Of a stretch of DNA of 64,000 nucleotides, positions 55,778-64,000 are shown in pieces. Both the position numbers and the translations under genes were made by a program. Below the pieces are notes generated by a model, which searched no databases, was not told where the DNA came from, and was given only the letters and a program-made list of their open reading frames with translations. The stretch is from assembly GCA_963741945.1 (NCBI GenBank), contig CAVUKA010000005.1, forward strand, positions 288,001 through 352,000. The letters run 5' to 3'. Positions within the stretch are counted from its first letter, which is position 1. Each line of letters begins with the position of its first letter. Origin of the DNA: an uncultured Gemmatimonadales bacterium (GTDB lineage: Bacteria > Gemmatimonadota > Gemmatimonadetes > Longimicrobiales > RSA9).

Positions 55778-56947
55778 TCACGGTCGTCGCAGGGCATGGC
55801 TCAGCCACGCTGCGCTCTCGCGGAAGAAGGGGCGGGGGTCGCGCCAGTGGAACACTTCGTCGCGGTAGCCGGGGCCGAACGCCCGCAGGAAGCCGCCCAC
55901 GGCGGCGGCGCGGCTGCGCCAGCCGTAGCGTGAGTCCCGCCAGACGGCCAGCAGATGATCCACGTCGCCCCACATCCACCGGGTACGCGCGAAGCGATAG
56001 GGCGGAGGGGGTGGCAGGGCGCGGCCGGTGTGGAGGTCCAGGAGCAGTCGTGGGAAGTCCACGCCGGCGTCGATGGCCAGCTGGAGCGAGCCCCAGAAGC
56101 GGCCGTTGATCTCCATGAGGACCGGGTCGCCGGTCTCCGCGTCGAGCTTGTACTCCACCATGGCCACGCCGGACCAGTCGAAGGCGTCCAGCAGCGCGAG
56201 GCTCGTCTCGAGGAGCGCGGGGCCCACGGGCTCGCTCTGGCGCAGCACGCTCACGCCGCCGCTCGGCGGCTTCTCCCGGAGCCGGCGGTGGGCGAAACGG
56301 GCCAGCGCGCGCCCCTCGTGCAGCAGCACGAAAAGGCCGATCCCGGGACCCGTCACCGGCTGCTGGATCAGCACGGGGAACGCCGCCTCCGGGTACGCGG
56401 CCAGCCCGGCCTCCAGCTCCTGCCGCGTGCGGACCCAGCGGACGCCCACCTTGCCCCGTTGCCCGTCGCTGGCGGTGTAGACGGAGCGGGTCGGCTTGAG
56501 CACGGCCGGGAGGGGTGTGCCGGGTCCAGGATCCTCGCCGCGGGCCATCACGGTCGTCTGCGCCGGCACCCGGATCCCCAGGCGCGCGGCCATGTCCAGG
56601 ACCCGGGCCTTGTCGCAGATCGCCCGCACTGAGCTCAGCTCCGGGAACGGCAGGCGGGCTTCCAGCCGATCCCGGATCGGGAGCAGCGCAAGGAGGGCAG
56701 CCTCCGTCACGGGGACCACCAGATCCACGCCTTCCTCCTGCACTGCGGCGGCGACTGCCGCGGCATAGTCGCCGGGGCTGGCGGCGGGATCGGGGACGCG
56801 CAGCTCGCGACGCGCGTATCTCGAAGCCCCGGCCAGCGACCGGCCGCTGCCGCTGCACACCAGGCACCTGTACCCCGCGCGGCCGAGAGATCGCACGATC
56901 GCCAGCGCGGCCCGCTGGTCGCCATCGGTGACCAGGACGGTCTCCAT
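55778..56947 (-). CDS. ATP-grasp domain protein (carboxylate-amine ligase-like)
   Basis: VLVTDG..RAALAIVRSLG, DKAR, VLKP, LIQQ, HRRLREKPPSGG.S, GVAMVEYK, LMEINGRFWGSL. Confidence 0.9.
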   Translation of the reverse strand: METVLVTDGDQRAALAIVRSLGRAGYRCLVCSGSGRSLAGASRYARRELRVPDPAASPGDYAAAVAAAVQEEGVDLVVPVTEAALLALLPIRDRLEARLPFPELSSVRAICDKARVLDMAARLGIRVPAQTTVMARGEDPGPGTPLPAVLKPTRSVYTASDGQRGKVGVRWVRTRQELEAGLAAYPEAAFPVLIQQPVTGPGIGLFVLLHEGRALARFAHRRLREKPPSGGVSVLRQSEPVGPALLETSLALLDAFDWSGVAMVEYKLDAETGDPVLMEINGRFWGSLQLAIDAGVDFPRLLLDLHTGRALPPPPPYRFARTRWMWGDVDHLLAVWRDSRYGWRSRAAAVGGFLRAFGPGYRDEVFHWRDPRPFFRESAAWLSHALRRP

Positions 56948-57843
56948 CACAGCGCCACCCCGCTGGCGCGGAGCTCCAGGCCCCGGACGCTCAGACCCGC
57001 CGGGACGTTGATCCGGGGCACGGACCGCCGGTCGCTCCCCGGCCTCCACAGGCCGCCACGGATCTCCAGGATCCCGTCGAAACCTGCTTCCACGGCAGCC
57101 CGGAGCACTGCGGGCGTGCCGGCGCCGTACGGGAGTGCGAGCCAGGGGAGGGCGGGCGCCCGGAAGCGGCGGATCCAGTCCAGCGTCCGCGCCAGCTCGT
57201 CACTCAGCACCCCCCGCTCGAGGCCGGGGAGCCACGCATGTCCCCAGCCGTGGCCGCCCACCGTGATCCCGTCGCCGCACGCCGCCGCGAGCTCGTCCGC
57301 CGTGGCAATGCCGTAGTTTGCCGGCATGGCGGGTGTCTGACCGTCGGGAAAGGCCCAGCGGCGCACCGTCTCCAGGCGCCCCTGGTGTGCCTCGAGGGCG
57401 GTGTCCCGCTCGCGGGACGACAGCCGCCCGGCTTCCGCCAGCTCATCCCACCAGAGCCCCGCCTCCCCCAGGAGCGCCGGCGCCACGAAGACGGTGCCCG
57501 GGAGTCCGCGGCGGCGAAGCTCCGGCAGCGCCAGTGTCACCGCGCCGCGATACGCGTCGTCGAAAGTGATCACGGCCCGGGGTCGGCGCCGCCTTTCGGG
57601 CACGCCGACATCGCCCAGGGCGACGATCTCGTGCGTCTCCGCGAGCCGGTCCAGCTGCCGGAGGAAGCGCGAGAAGGGGATGTGCAGGCTGGCGTCTCCG
57701 CGGCCCGCCTCCCCGTCCGGCACCACATTGTGATACGCCAGGACAGCCACGCTCCCCGTGCGTGCGCGCCGCGCCACAGCCGCCGCCCCCGACGCTGTCA
57801 GCGCCAGCTCCAGCGCGGTCTTCACAGTGCGACGCAGCGTCAT
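56947..57843 (-). CDS. Polysaccharide deacetylase (NodB/IcaB-like)
   Basis: VLAYHNV, ITFDDAY, TVFV, GGHGWGH, ALPYG, VPRI. Confidence 0.88.
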   Translation of the reverse strand: MTLRRTVKTALELALTASGAAAVARRARTGSVAVLAYHNVVPDGEAGRGDASLHIPFSRFLRQLDRLAETHEIVALGDVGVPERRRRPRAVITFDDAYRGAVTLALPELRRRGLPGTVFVAPALLGEAGLWWDELAEAGRLSSRERDTALEAHQGRLETVRRWAFPDGQTPAMPANYGIATADELAAACGDGITVGGHGWGHAWLPGLERGVLSDELARTLDWIRRFRAPALPWLALPYGAGTPAVLRAAVEAGFDGILEIRGGLWRPGSDRRSVPRINVPAGLSVRGLELRASGVAL

Positions 57844-58985
57844 TCCTCCACTCCCGCGAGGCTCCGGAAGAGGTGGGTCAGCTCGCGGAGCTGCGCGCCG
57901 CGGGAGAAGTGTGCCTCGGCATGCTCCCGTGCCGCCGCCCCCATGCTGCGACGACGCTCGGGGTCCGCAAGGAGCGTCGCCATGGCTGCTGCCAGCGCCT
58001 CCACGTCGCCCGGGGGCACCAGGACCCCGGTCTCGCCGTCCCTCACCACCTCGGGGATCCCACCGGTCCGACTGGCCACCACGGGAACGCCCCGGGCCGC
58101 GGGCTCCAGCGCGGCCAGTCCGAACGCCTCCGCCCAGATCGAAGGGACCACGCACACGTCGGCGCCGCCCAGGAGATCGGCCGCGTCCGGACGGTAGCCG
58201 GCGAGGACGATGTCGTCCCGGGCGTCCAGTCGCTGACGCATCGATCGGAGTGCGTCCATGTACGGACCGTCGCCGAAATAGATGAGGACGGGCCGCGGCT
58301 CGGCCCGGCCGTGGATCCGGTCGAATGCCTCCAGAAGGTGCTGCACGCCCTTGTACTCCGCCGCCCGGCACGCGCACGCCACCACCGGGCGCTCCACCGC
58401 CACCCCGTACTCGCGCCGGAGCCATTCCCGGTCGGGGGCCGGCGGCACGATCACGGAGTTCTTGGTGACGCGCACCCGCGCGGGCGGCACCAGGGCCACC
58501 TCCACTGCGCGCCGGCCCACGTAGTCGCTCACCGCCAGGACCACGTCCGCGAGCCCGGGACGGAATGCGCGGCTGGCGCGCTTCAGCAGGCTCTTCAGAC
58601 CTCGCGGCGGCGTCCGTGCGCCCGATGTGTGGTCGTGCACCACGATCCGGCGCACTCCCGCGAGGCGCAGCACGGCGTACATCGGGTGCCAGGAAGCGCG
58701 ATCCGTGAGATAGAGGGTGCGGATCTCCCGGCGCCGCACGGTCCTCACCACCGCCAGCACGCCTGCCGGGGAGTTCAGCCGGACTGGCAGCTCGATCGCT
58801 TCCGCCGCGCTCACGGTGAGCGTGTCCGGCGCCGCATCCACGCGGGGATACGCCACCCACGTCCGGACCCCGTAGCGAGCGAGATCATCCGCCACGGCGG
58901 CGTAGAGGCTCTCGATGTATTGCCAGGCGTATCCCGCGCTGGTGGGGAAGTTGGCCACGCACAGCACGTTGCCGGTAGACGCCAC
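57840..58985 (-). CDS. Glycosyltransferase family 4
   Basis: AVSDY, YKGV, GDGP, VPSIWAEAFGLAALE, ASRTGGIPEVV; GTG start inferred. Confidence 0.9.
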   Translation of the reverse strand: MASTGNVLCVANFPTSAGYAWQYIESLYAAVADDLARYGVRTWVAYPRVDAAPDTLTVSAAEAIELPVRLNSPAGVLAVVRTVRRREIRTLYLTDRASWHPMYAVLRLAGVRRIVVHDHTSGARTPPRGLKSLLKRASRAFRPGLADVVLAVSDYVGRRAVEVALVPPARVRVTKNSVIVPPAPDREWLRREYGVAVERPVVACACRAAEYKGVQHLLEAFDRIHGRAEPRPVLIYFGDGPYMDALRSMRQRLDARDDIVLAGYRPDAADLLGGADVCVVPSIWAEAFGLAALEPAARGVPVVASRTGGIPEVVRDGETGVLVPPGDVEALAAAMATLLADPERRRSMGAAAREHAEAHFSRGAQLRELTHLFRSLAGVEE

Positions 58986-58987
58986 CG

Positions 58988-59938
58988 TCAGACGCGCCGC
59001 AGCAGGCGCTGGAGCTGCCAGTCCACGCTGTCGCGCAGGCGGGCCACGCCGTCGTGAACGGCCAGGCGTGCCCGGACCGCCGGTGTGGCGGAACCGGTGG
59101 GCCGGTATCCCAGCTCTTCCATCAGGGGACTCGCGATGGCTTCCACCATGCGGACTTCGCTCCGGCTCAGGTCCTGCGCCCACCCCCCGACTTCGCCCCT
59201 CCGGAAAAAGCCCGAGGGGATCGTCCGTCCTGGCACCGGCAGCCCGCCATCGCCGCCGGCCCCGCGCTTCTGCAGGCGCTGGAGCCGGCACGCTTCCACG
59301 TGGCTTTCAACTTCCGCGGCGGAAGCCTCGAGCCCCAGCCACTCCAGGACCGCCGACAGGGCCTCGCCCGTGTTGCCTGACAGGTCTTCGTAGCGCAACT
59401 CCCGGTAGCGCGCGCCGGTTCCGGCCAGCTCGCGTCCCCGCTCCACGTGCCGCCGCCACACCCTGGCCGCTTCCGCCGCGTGCCCGGGGGCCCAGTTTCG
59501 CCCCCAGCTCCGCCCCGCCGCCACCAGTGACGCGGCCGTGTCCCGCGGGTCGCGGAGCACGTGGAGAAAATACGCCTCGGGGAAGAGCCGGTGTATGAAC
59601 GAAGCGTGCAGCGCGTGCTGCGGGCTCTTCTCCACCACCACCGGCGCCTCGGGGTTCCTCGCCGCGATTCTGCCCAGCACGAACGCGGCGCTGGTCCGGC
59701 ACAGCTGCTCGAACTCCGCTTCGCTCAGGAGCTGGCTCAGCCCACCGCCACCCTGGCGGTTGCGACGAGCTCCGTCCCGCTCCTCCGCCCACTGGCGCCT
59801 GAAACCGCTGAGGTAGAACCCGAAGATCTGCGTCTCGGGCGCGGTCACCACTCCGGCGTGCTGATCCAGCAGCAGCTGGATCCACGTCGTTCCGCTTCGC
59901 GGCGACCCGAAGATGAACAGGACTCTTGCCTCGCCCAC
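58988..59938 (-). CDS. Sulfotransferase
   Basis: FIFGSPRSGTTW, VEKSP, LRDPRDTAAS, LRYEDL, FFRRG.VGGW; AAGGAG before GTG 59938. Confidence 0.92.
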   Translation of the reverse strand: MGEARVLFIFGSPRSGTTWIQLLLDQHAGVVTAPETQIFGFYLSGFRRQWAEERDGARRNRQGGGGLSQLLSEAEFEQLCRTSAAFVLGRIAARNPEAPVVVEKSPQHALHASFIHRLFPEAYFLHVLRDPRDTAASLVAAGRSWGRNWAPGHAAEAARVWRRHVERGRELAGTGARYRELRYEDLSGNTGEALSAVLEWLGLEASAAEVESHVEACRLQRLQKRGAGGDGGLPVPGRTIPSGFFRRGEVGGWAQDLSRSEVRMVEAIASPLMEELGYRPTGSATPAVRARLAVHDGVARLRDSVDWQLQRLLRRV

Positions 59939-60040
59939 GGACTCCTTCCCCCATATCTTGGAACGCTGACCCAAACGGCCGCCTCCGAGCATATGCGGAC
60001 CGCTCACCTCAGAACTACACGCCGGACTACTCCCCGCGCA

Positions 60041-61267
60041 ATGAGTGCTGCCGGTATCCGCGTCTACGCATTCGCCTCCTGGTACCCGAGCGCGTACAAG
60101 CCGTACTACGACGCCCAGTTCGCCGAGATCGTGGAGCAGGGCCACGAGCTGCGCATCTTCGCGTGCGGCACCCTCGGACGCGTCCGCAGCGGTCTGGTCC
60201 AGGCGTACGACCTCGACCGCCGAACCCGATACTGGCTGGCCACTGACACCCGGTCCACACTGCGCGTGCTCCCTCGTGTCCTCAGCCGCGCCATCACACA
60301 CCCGCTGCAGACGCTACGGCGCGCTGCGACGGGCGGTACCGGGGCACGCCTCCGAGCGCGCGCCAAGAATGCCATCCGGGCCACCACACTCCCATCGGCC
60401 ACGCCCGATCTCTGCCTCGTCCAGTCCCACGAGGCTCTGATTCTCGTGCCCTGGCTCGGGCGCGTCTACCCCGAGAGCAGAGTCGCCACGATCTACTACG
60501 GGGGGCTCCCCGCGGAAGCCGGGAGCCTCCGGGATGCCGGCGTACGGCGCGCCCTCCACACCGTGGACAGGGTTTTCGCACTCACAGAGTTCGCACGCAG
60601 AGAGGCCATCGCCCTCGGCGCACCGGAAGAGCGAACCGTCGTGCTGCCGCTCGGGTTCCCCATGAAGGACTTCCCGCCGTCCACCGGCCGGTCGTACCGC
60701 ACGGACGGACTGCTCCGCCTGGTCAGCGTCGGCCGGTTGAGCGAAGGGAAGGGGCACGCGGTGGCGCTCCGGGCCCTGGCAAAATTGGTGGACGCTACGC
60801 CCCTGCCGTTCCGCTACGACATCGTGGGCAACGGCCCGACTCGCGCCGCGCTGGAGCGCCTCGTCCGCGAGTTGGCGCTCGGCGAGCAGGTGGTCTTCCA
60901 TGGCTCCCTCCCCTACGAGCAAGCGCTCGCCCGCATCGGAGAGGCCGATGTGCTGCTCCTCCCGAGCATCCCCACGCCCACGTGGAACGAGACACAGGGG
61001 GCCGTTCTGCAGGAGGCGCTCCTTGAAGGAACGCTCATCGTCGCTTCCCATACGGGCGGCATCCCCGAATCGGTGCCGCCCTTCCTGCACCGATTTCTCG
61101 TTCCACCCGGCAGCCCCGAGGCCCTGGCCGGCGCCCTGTCCGAAATCGCGGTCATGGATACAGCGCAGATCGCGCAGCTCGCCAGGCGCGGTGACGACTG
61201 GGTGCGAGAACGTTACGATAACCGCGCCCTCGTCCGAAAGCTCGTCGCGGAAAGCCTCGCCACGTAG
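60041..61267 (+). CDS. Glycosyltransferase family 4 (WcaL-like)
   Basis: VSVGRLSEGKG, IVGNGP, LLPS..ETQGAVLQEA, HTGGIPE. Confidence 0.88.
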   Translation: MSAAGIRVYAFASWYPSAYKPYYDAQFAEIVEQGHELRIFACGTLGRVRSGLVQAYDLDRRTRYWLATDTRSTLRVLPRVLSRAITHPLQTLRRAATGGTGARLRARAKNAIRATTLPSATPDLCLVQSHEALILVPWLGRVYPESRVATIYYGGLPAEAGSLRDAGVRRALHTVDRVFALTEFARREAIALGAPEERTVVLPLGFPMKDFPPSTGRSYRTDGLLRLVSVGRLSEGKGHAVALRALAKLVDATPLPFRYDIVGNGPTRAALERLVRELALGEQVVFHGSLPYEQALARIGEADVLLLPSIPTPTWNETQGAVLQEALLEGTLIVASHTGGIPESVPPFLHRFLVPPGSPEALAGALSEIAVMDTAQIAQLARRGDDWVRERYDNRALVRKLVAESLAT

Positions 61268-61440
61268 GCGAGCCCCACAACGCCGTCCGACACGGCGCGC
61301 CGGCCTCCCGGGTGGCTGGAGCCGGGCCCGTGCTCGAGGCGGGTCAGCAGCCCTTCTTCGGACGCAAGACCGACGGCCACTCCGCTCGAGGAGCGAGGTG
61401 GCCGTCGGTTTCTTTCGGGATTGCGGCAGGGGGCCGGACT

Positions 61441-61941
61441 TCAACCCGAACCACTGCTCACGAGGACGTCGGTCCGATTGCCATCCGCGTCTCTCGCCGC
61501 CGCCACACCGCTGGCGCGCCACCCTGCCCGCGCGAACCAGAACAGGACCATCATCGAGAAGACGTTCTTGAACAGGGCCTTGGCCGTTCCGATGGCGAAC
61601 TGCGTCCGGGCTCCGGCCGGGGCGCCCGCGTGAACCTGGATGGCGTCGAGGCCATAGACTGCCGTGCTCGCAAGGAACACCACGCCCAGCAGTCCGCTGA
61701 GCACCGCCAGTCCGCGAGCCATCCGGTTGTGCCGGGCGAGAATCGCCGTGGCGAGCGCCAGGGCGAGGCCGAGGAGAGCTGTGAGCACGTATCCGGAAAG
61801 CAGTCCATAGCTGCCGTAGCGCCATGTGGGCGCCCCCACCTTCCACGGCCACAGGTTCGTCCCGAGGTCGGCCAGGGGGAAAAAGACGAGGACGCACGCC
61901 ATGGCGTACGCCGTTCCCACAACGCTCGATTGTTTGCTCAT
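61441..61941 (-). CDS. Uncharacterised 4-TM membrane protein (paralog C)
   Basis: LVFFPLADL..LWPWKVGAPTWRYGSYGLLS, LLG, VLSGLLG, YGLDAIQV. Confidence 0.8.
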   Translation of the reverse strand: MSKQSSVVGTAYAMACVLVFFPLADLGTNLWPWKVGAPTWRYGSYGLLSGYVLTALLGLALALATAILARHNRMARGLAVLSGLLGVVFLASTAVYGLDAIQVHAGAPAGARTQFAIGTAKALFKNVFSMMVLFWFARAGWRASGVAAARDADGNRTDVLVSSGSG

Positions 61942-62036
61942 TGCCCTCGTTTCATGCTATAAAGGCGCGCATCGGGAGGCGGAATCGCCTCCCGATGCGG
62001 CACTTCTTCCAATCGCTGCCGAAAGCCGGTCTGGGC

Positions 62037-62720
62037 TCAGGCCTGCATCCGGCGACGACGATACCCGAAACCGATGAGGCCGAGCAAGCCGGTCCCCAGC
62101 AGAAGCCAGGTGGAAGGCTCGGGCACGGGAGAGAGCATCACCATGAACTCCTGGCCGAATTCACCCTGCTCGGGATAGCCGACTCCCGAAAGGATGGCGT
62201 ACCTGTTCGTGTCCACGGAGTCGTAGTTGTTCTGCGCGTTGGTCACCCAGGTGCCGATGTTGGGCGCCGTATACCCGGAGGGGCCGCCATCGCCCAGGAT
62301 CTGCCAGATCGCTCCCTGAATCGACCCGTTCTGGTCGCTGTTCGGATCGCCGTAGGTAAACTGTGAAACCAGCCACGCGGCCTGGAGGTACTTGTCCAGG
62401 GATGCGTTGTAGGTGTAGCCGTACGCGCTGCCGGCGGCCCACAGTGGTGTGATGTAGACGTCCCCGCTCATGGGCTCGTTGACGGGGTCCACGCAGAACA
62501 TGTCGAAGGTGGCCCCGCCGAGCGCCCCATTATACCCATTGTTGATCACATAGCCGCTGTACCACCAGTCGCTGCCCTTGTGCCCCAGGTAGTCCAGATA
62601 CCCGGTCTGGCCGGGCGCCGGTGCCGGAGCCGGCGGTCCATACATGTCGACCTGGGCCGCCGCGCCGACCGGCATTGCGAGCACCAGGAGGACGAACGCC
62701 GCCTTGCGCAATTCTCTCAT
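62037..62720 (-). CDS. PEP-CTERM protein 3 (thioester-domain-like motifs)
   Basis: GGAGG RBS, signal peptide; C-term PVPEPSTWLLLGTGLLGLIGFGYRRRRMQA; FCVD, IQGAIW, GQEFM. Confidence 0.93.
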   Translation of the reverse strand: MRELRKAAFVLLVLAMPVGAAAQVDMYGPPAPAPAPGQTGYLDYLGHKGSDWWYSGYVINNGYNGALGGATFDMFCVDPVNEPMSGDVYITPLWAAGSAYGYTYNASLDKYLQAAWLVSQFTYGDPNSDQNGSIQGAIWQILGDGGPSGYTAPNIGTWVTNAQNNYDSVDTNRYAILSGVGYPEQGEFGQEFMVMLSPVPEPSTWLLLGTGLLGLIGFGYRRRRMQA

Positions 62721-62882
62721 GTACAACCTCCCACGTGGGTGTGGAACCAAGTGCCCCGGAGTGGCCAGCTCCCGGGTATGCGGGGCGCGAGCCCCACGTC
62801 CTGAGGAAGAGCGCCGCGGATCGTGGCCGGGCTGCGCTCCTCCGCGATTTTCAATACCGTCACTGGTGCGTGTTCTCGTGTG

Positions 62883-63656
62883 CTACCACGCCCCTTTCTT
62901 CATCATCACTGCCGGGATCGTCCGCAGCATGATCCGCAGGTCCTCGACCACGCCCTGGCGGTCGAGGTACTGCAGGTCGTAGCGGAGCTTGATCCGTACA
63001 TCGTCGATGGTGCGGTCATAGTGGTGATTGACCTGCGCCCAGCCGGTGATCCCGGGGAGCACGCGCTGCCGGCGGTGGTACTCGCCGATCTGGGAGCGGA
63101 GCTCCTTGAAGATCCCGGGCTGCTCGGGGCGGGGGCCCACGATGTTCATGTCGCCCCGGAGCACGTTCCAGAGCTGGGGCAGCTCGTCCAGGCGGTACTT
63201 CCTGAGGATGGCGCCCAGCCGTGTTGCGCGGGGGTCACCGGGGGTCGCCCAGACGGGTCCGGCCCGATCGGCGCCCACCACCATCGTGCGGAACTTGTAG
63301 ACCTTGAAGAGCCGACCGCCGTGATCCACGCTCCGCCGCCAGTTGCCGGACGGGAGGAACGGGTTGCGGCGATCCACGCCCACCCGCTCCTGGACGAACA
63401 GCACGGGGCCGCCGGACGTGAGCTTGATGGCGAGGGCGATGAGCAGCATCAGGGGGAACACCAGCACCAGACCCGCGGCGGCCACCACCACGTTGAGGAG
63501 GCGACGCGCCTTCCGCGAGTCGAAGTCGAGCTCCATCGAACGGAAGCCGGGAGCGGATACGACCTGGTCGGCGTTGAAGCGAATCGTGCGTCGGGGCACG
63601 AGCGGCGAGGCTGTCGAGCGCGTCGTCACTCGAGCTCCATCAGACAGTTGCAGCAC
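62883..63656 (-). CDS. Priming sugar transferase (bacterial sugar transferase, CpsE/WbaP C-terminal type)
   Basis: GPVLFVQERVG, YKFRTM, DPRATRLG..LRKYRLDELPQLWNVLRGDMNIVGPRPE, PGITGWAQV, YDLQY. Start between 63536 and 63656. Confidence 0.94.
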   Translation of the reverse strand: MLQLSDGARVTTRSTASPLVPRRTIRFNADQVVSAPGFRSMELDFDSRKARRLLNVVVAAAGLVLVFPLMLLIALAIKLTSGGPVLFVQERVGVDRRNPFLPSGNWRRSVDHGGRLFKVYKFRTMVVGADRAGPVWATPGDPRATRLGAILRKYRLDELPQLWNVLRGDMNIVGPRPEQPGIFKELRSQIGEYHRRQRVLPGITGWAQVNHHYDRTIDDVRIKLRYDLQYLDRQGVVEDLRIMLRTIPAVMMKKGAW

Positions 63657-64000
63657 GCAGTTCTCCGTTTCTCAGACCCGATCGGCCCAGTGATTCGGGG
63701 GCCGAAGTGGTCGGGAGTAACTGCAATACGCGTTCACGTCTTTTTCGCGAGAGGCCGCAGCGCCGTAACCGGTTGCCACATAACGTTTTAGCGGAATCAC
63801 CCCCGGAGCCCGCCGGCGGCGGATCTGTGGCGGCGATGTTCCGGAGTGTTGGATCCTCGCATCACCCCCGGCCCGCGACGATCCCGGCCGGGTGGCGCGG
63901 GGCCGTGCGGTCAGCCGGGGGTGGGAGCCTCCGAGGCCCCTTCAGTCCCGACCGGAATTGACCAGGATGCCGCCGCGCCGCTTGCGCCCGCGTGCGGTGC

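Overview
High-GC bacterial window; gene content suggests Gemmatimonadota (inference). The first ~22 kb holds housekeeping and envelope genes: a DUF5916/CBM9-like outer-membrane protein running off the left edge, an amidohydrolase, a multi-PAS/GAF hybrid kinase, a FetAB-like ABC pair, cydAB, a PAP2 phosphatase, a PafA-like phosphatase, a CpsB-type phosphatase, and a TonB-receptor-like protein coupled to a repeat lipoprotein. From ~22 kb to the right edge is a large PEP-CTERM-associated exopolysaccharide locus with a priming sugar transferase, six GT4s, a GT2, a B4GALNT/GT12-like GT, a Wzy/O-antigen-ligase-like protein, an ABC exporter, four sulfotransferases, a pyruvyl transferase, two deacetylases, FemAB-like, CapK-like and ATP-grasp proteins, and its own signalling block. 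Most notable: (1) each of three PEP-CTERM genes lies directly next to a member of one unannotated 4-TM protein family; (2) an IS1111-type IS110 element has a 3' non-coding region that folds into a bridge/seekRNA-like loop with a 10-nt match to its own flank, and it sits inside an IS3 remnant; (3) two tandem catalytically dead REC-GGDEF proteins keep the RxxD c-di-GMP site; (4) one PEP-CTERM protein has thioester-domain-like motifs; (5) an Ig-repeat lipoprotein has vicinal Cys-Cys in every second repeat; (6) a 25-bp intergenic dyad recurs. No exosortase, Wzc/Wza, tRNA, rRNA or CRISPR array was seen. All family calls come from motif recognition by eye; no database searches were run.
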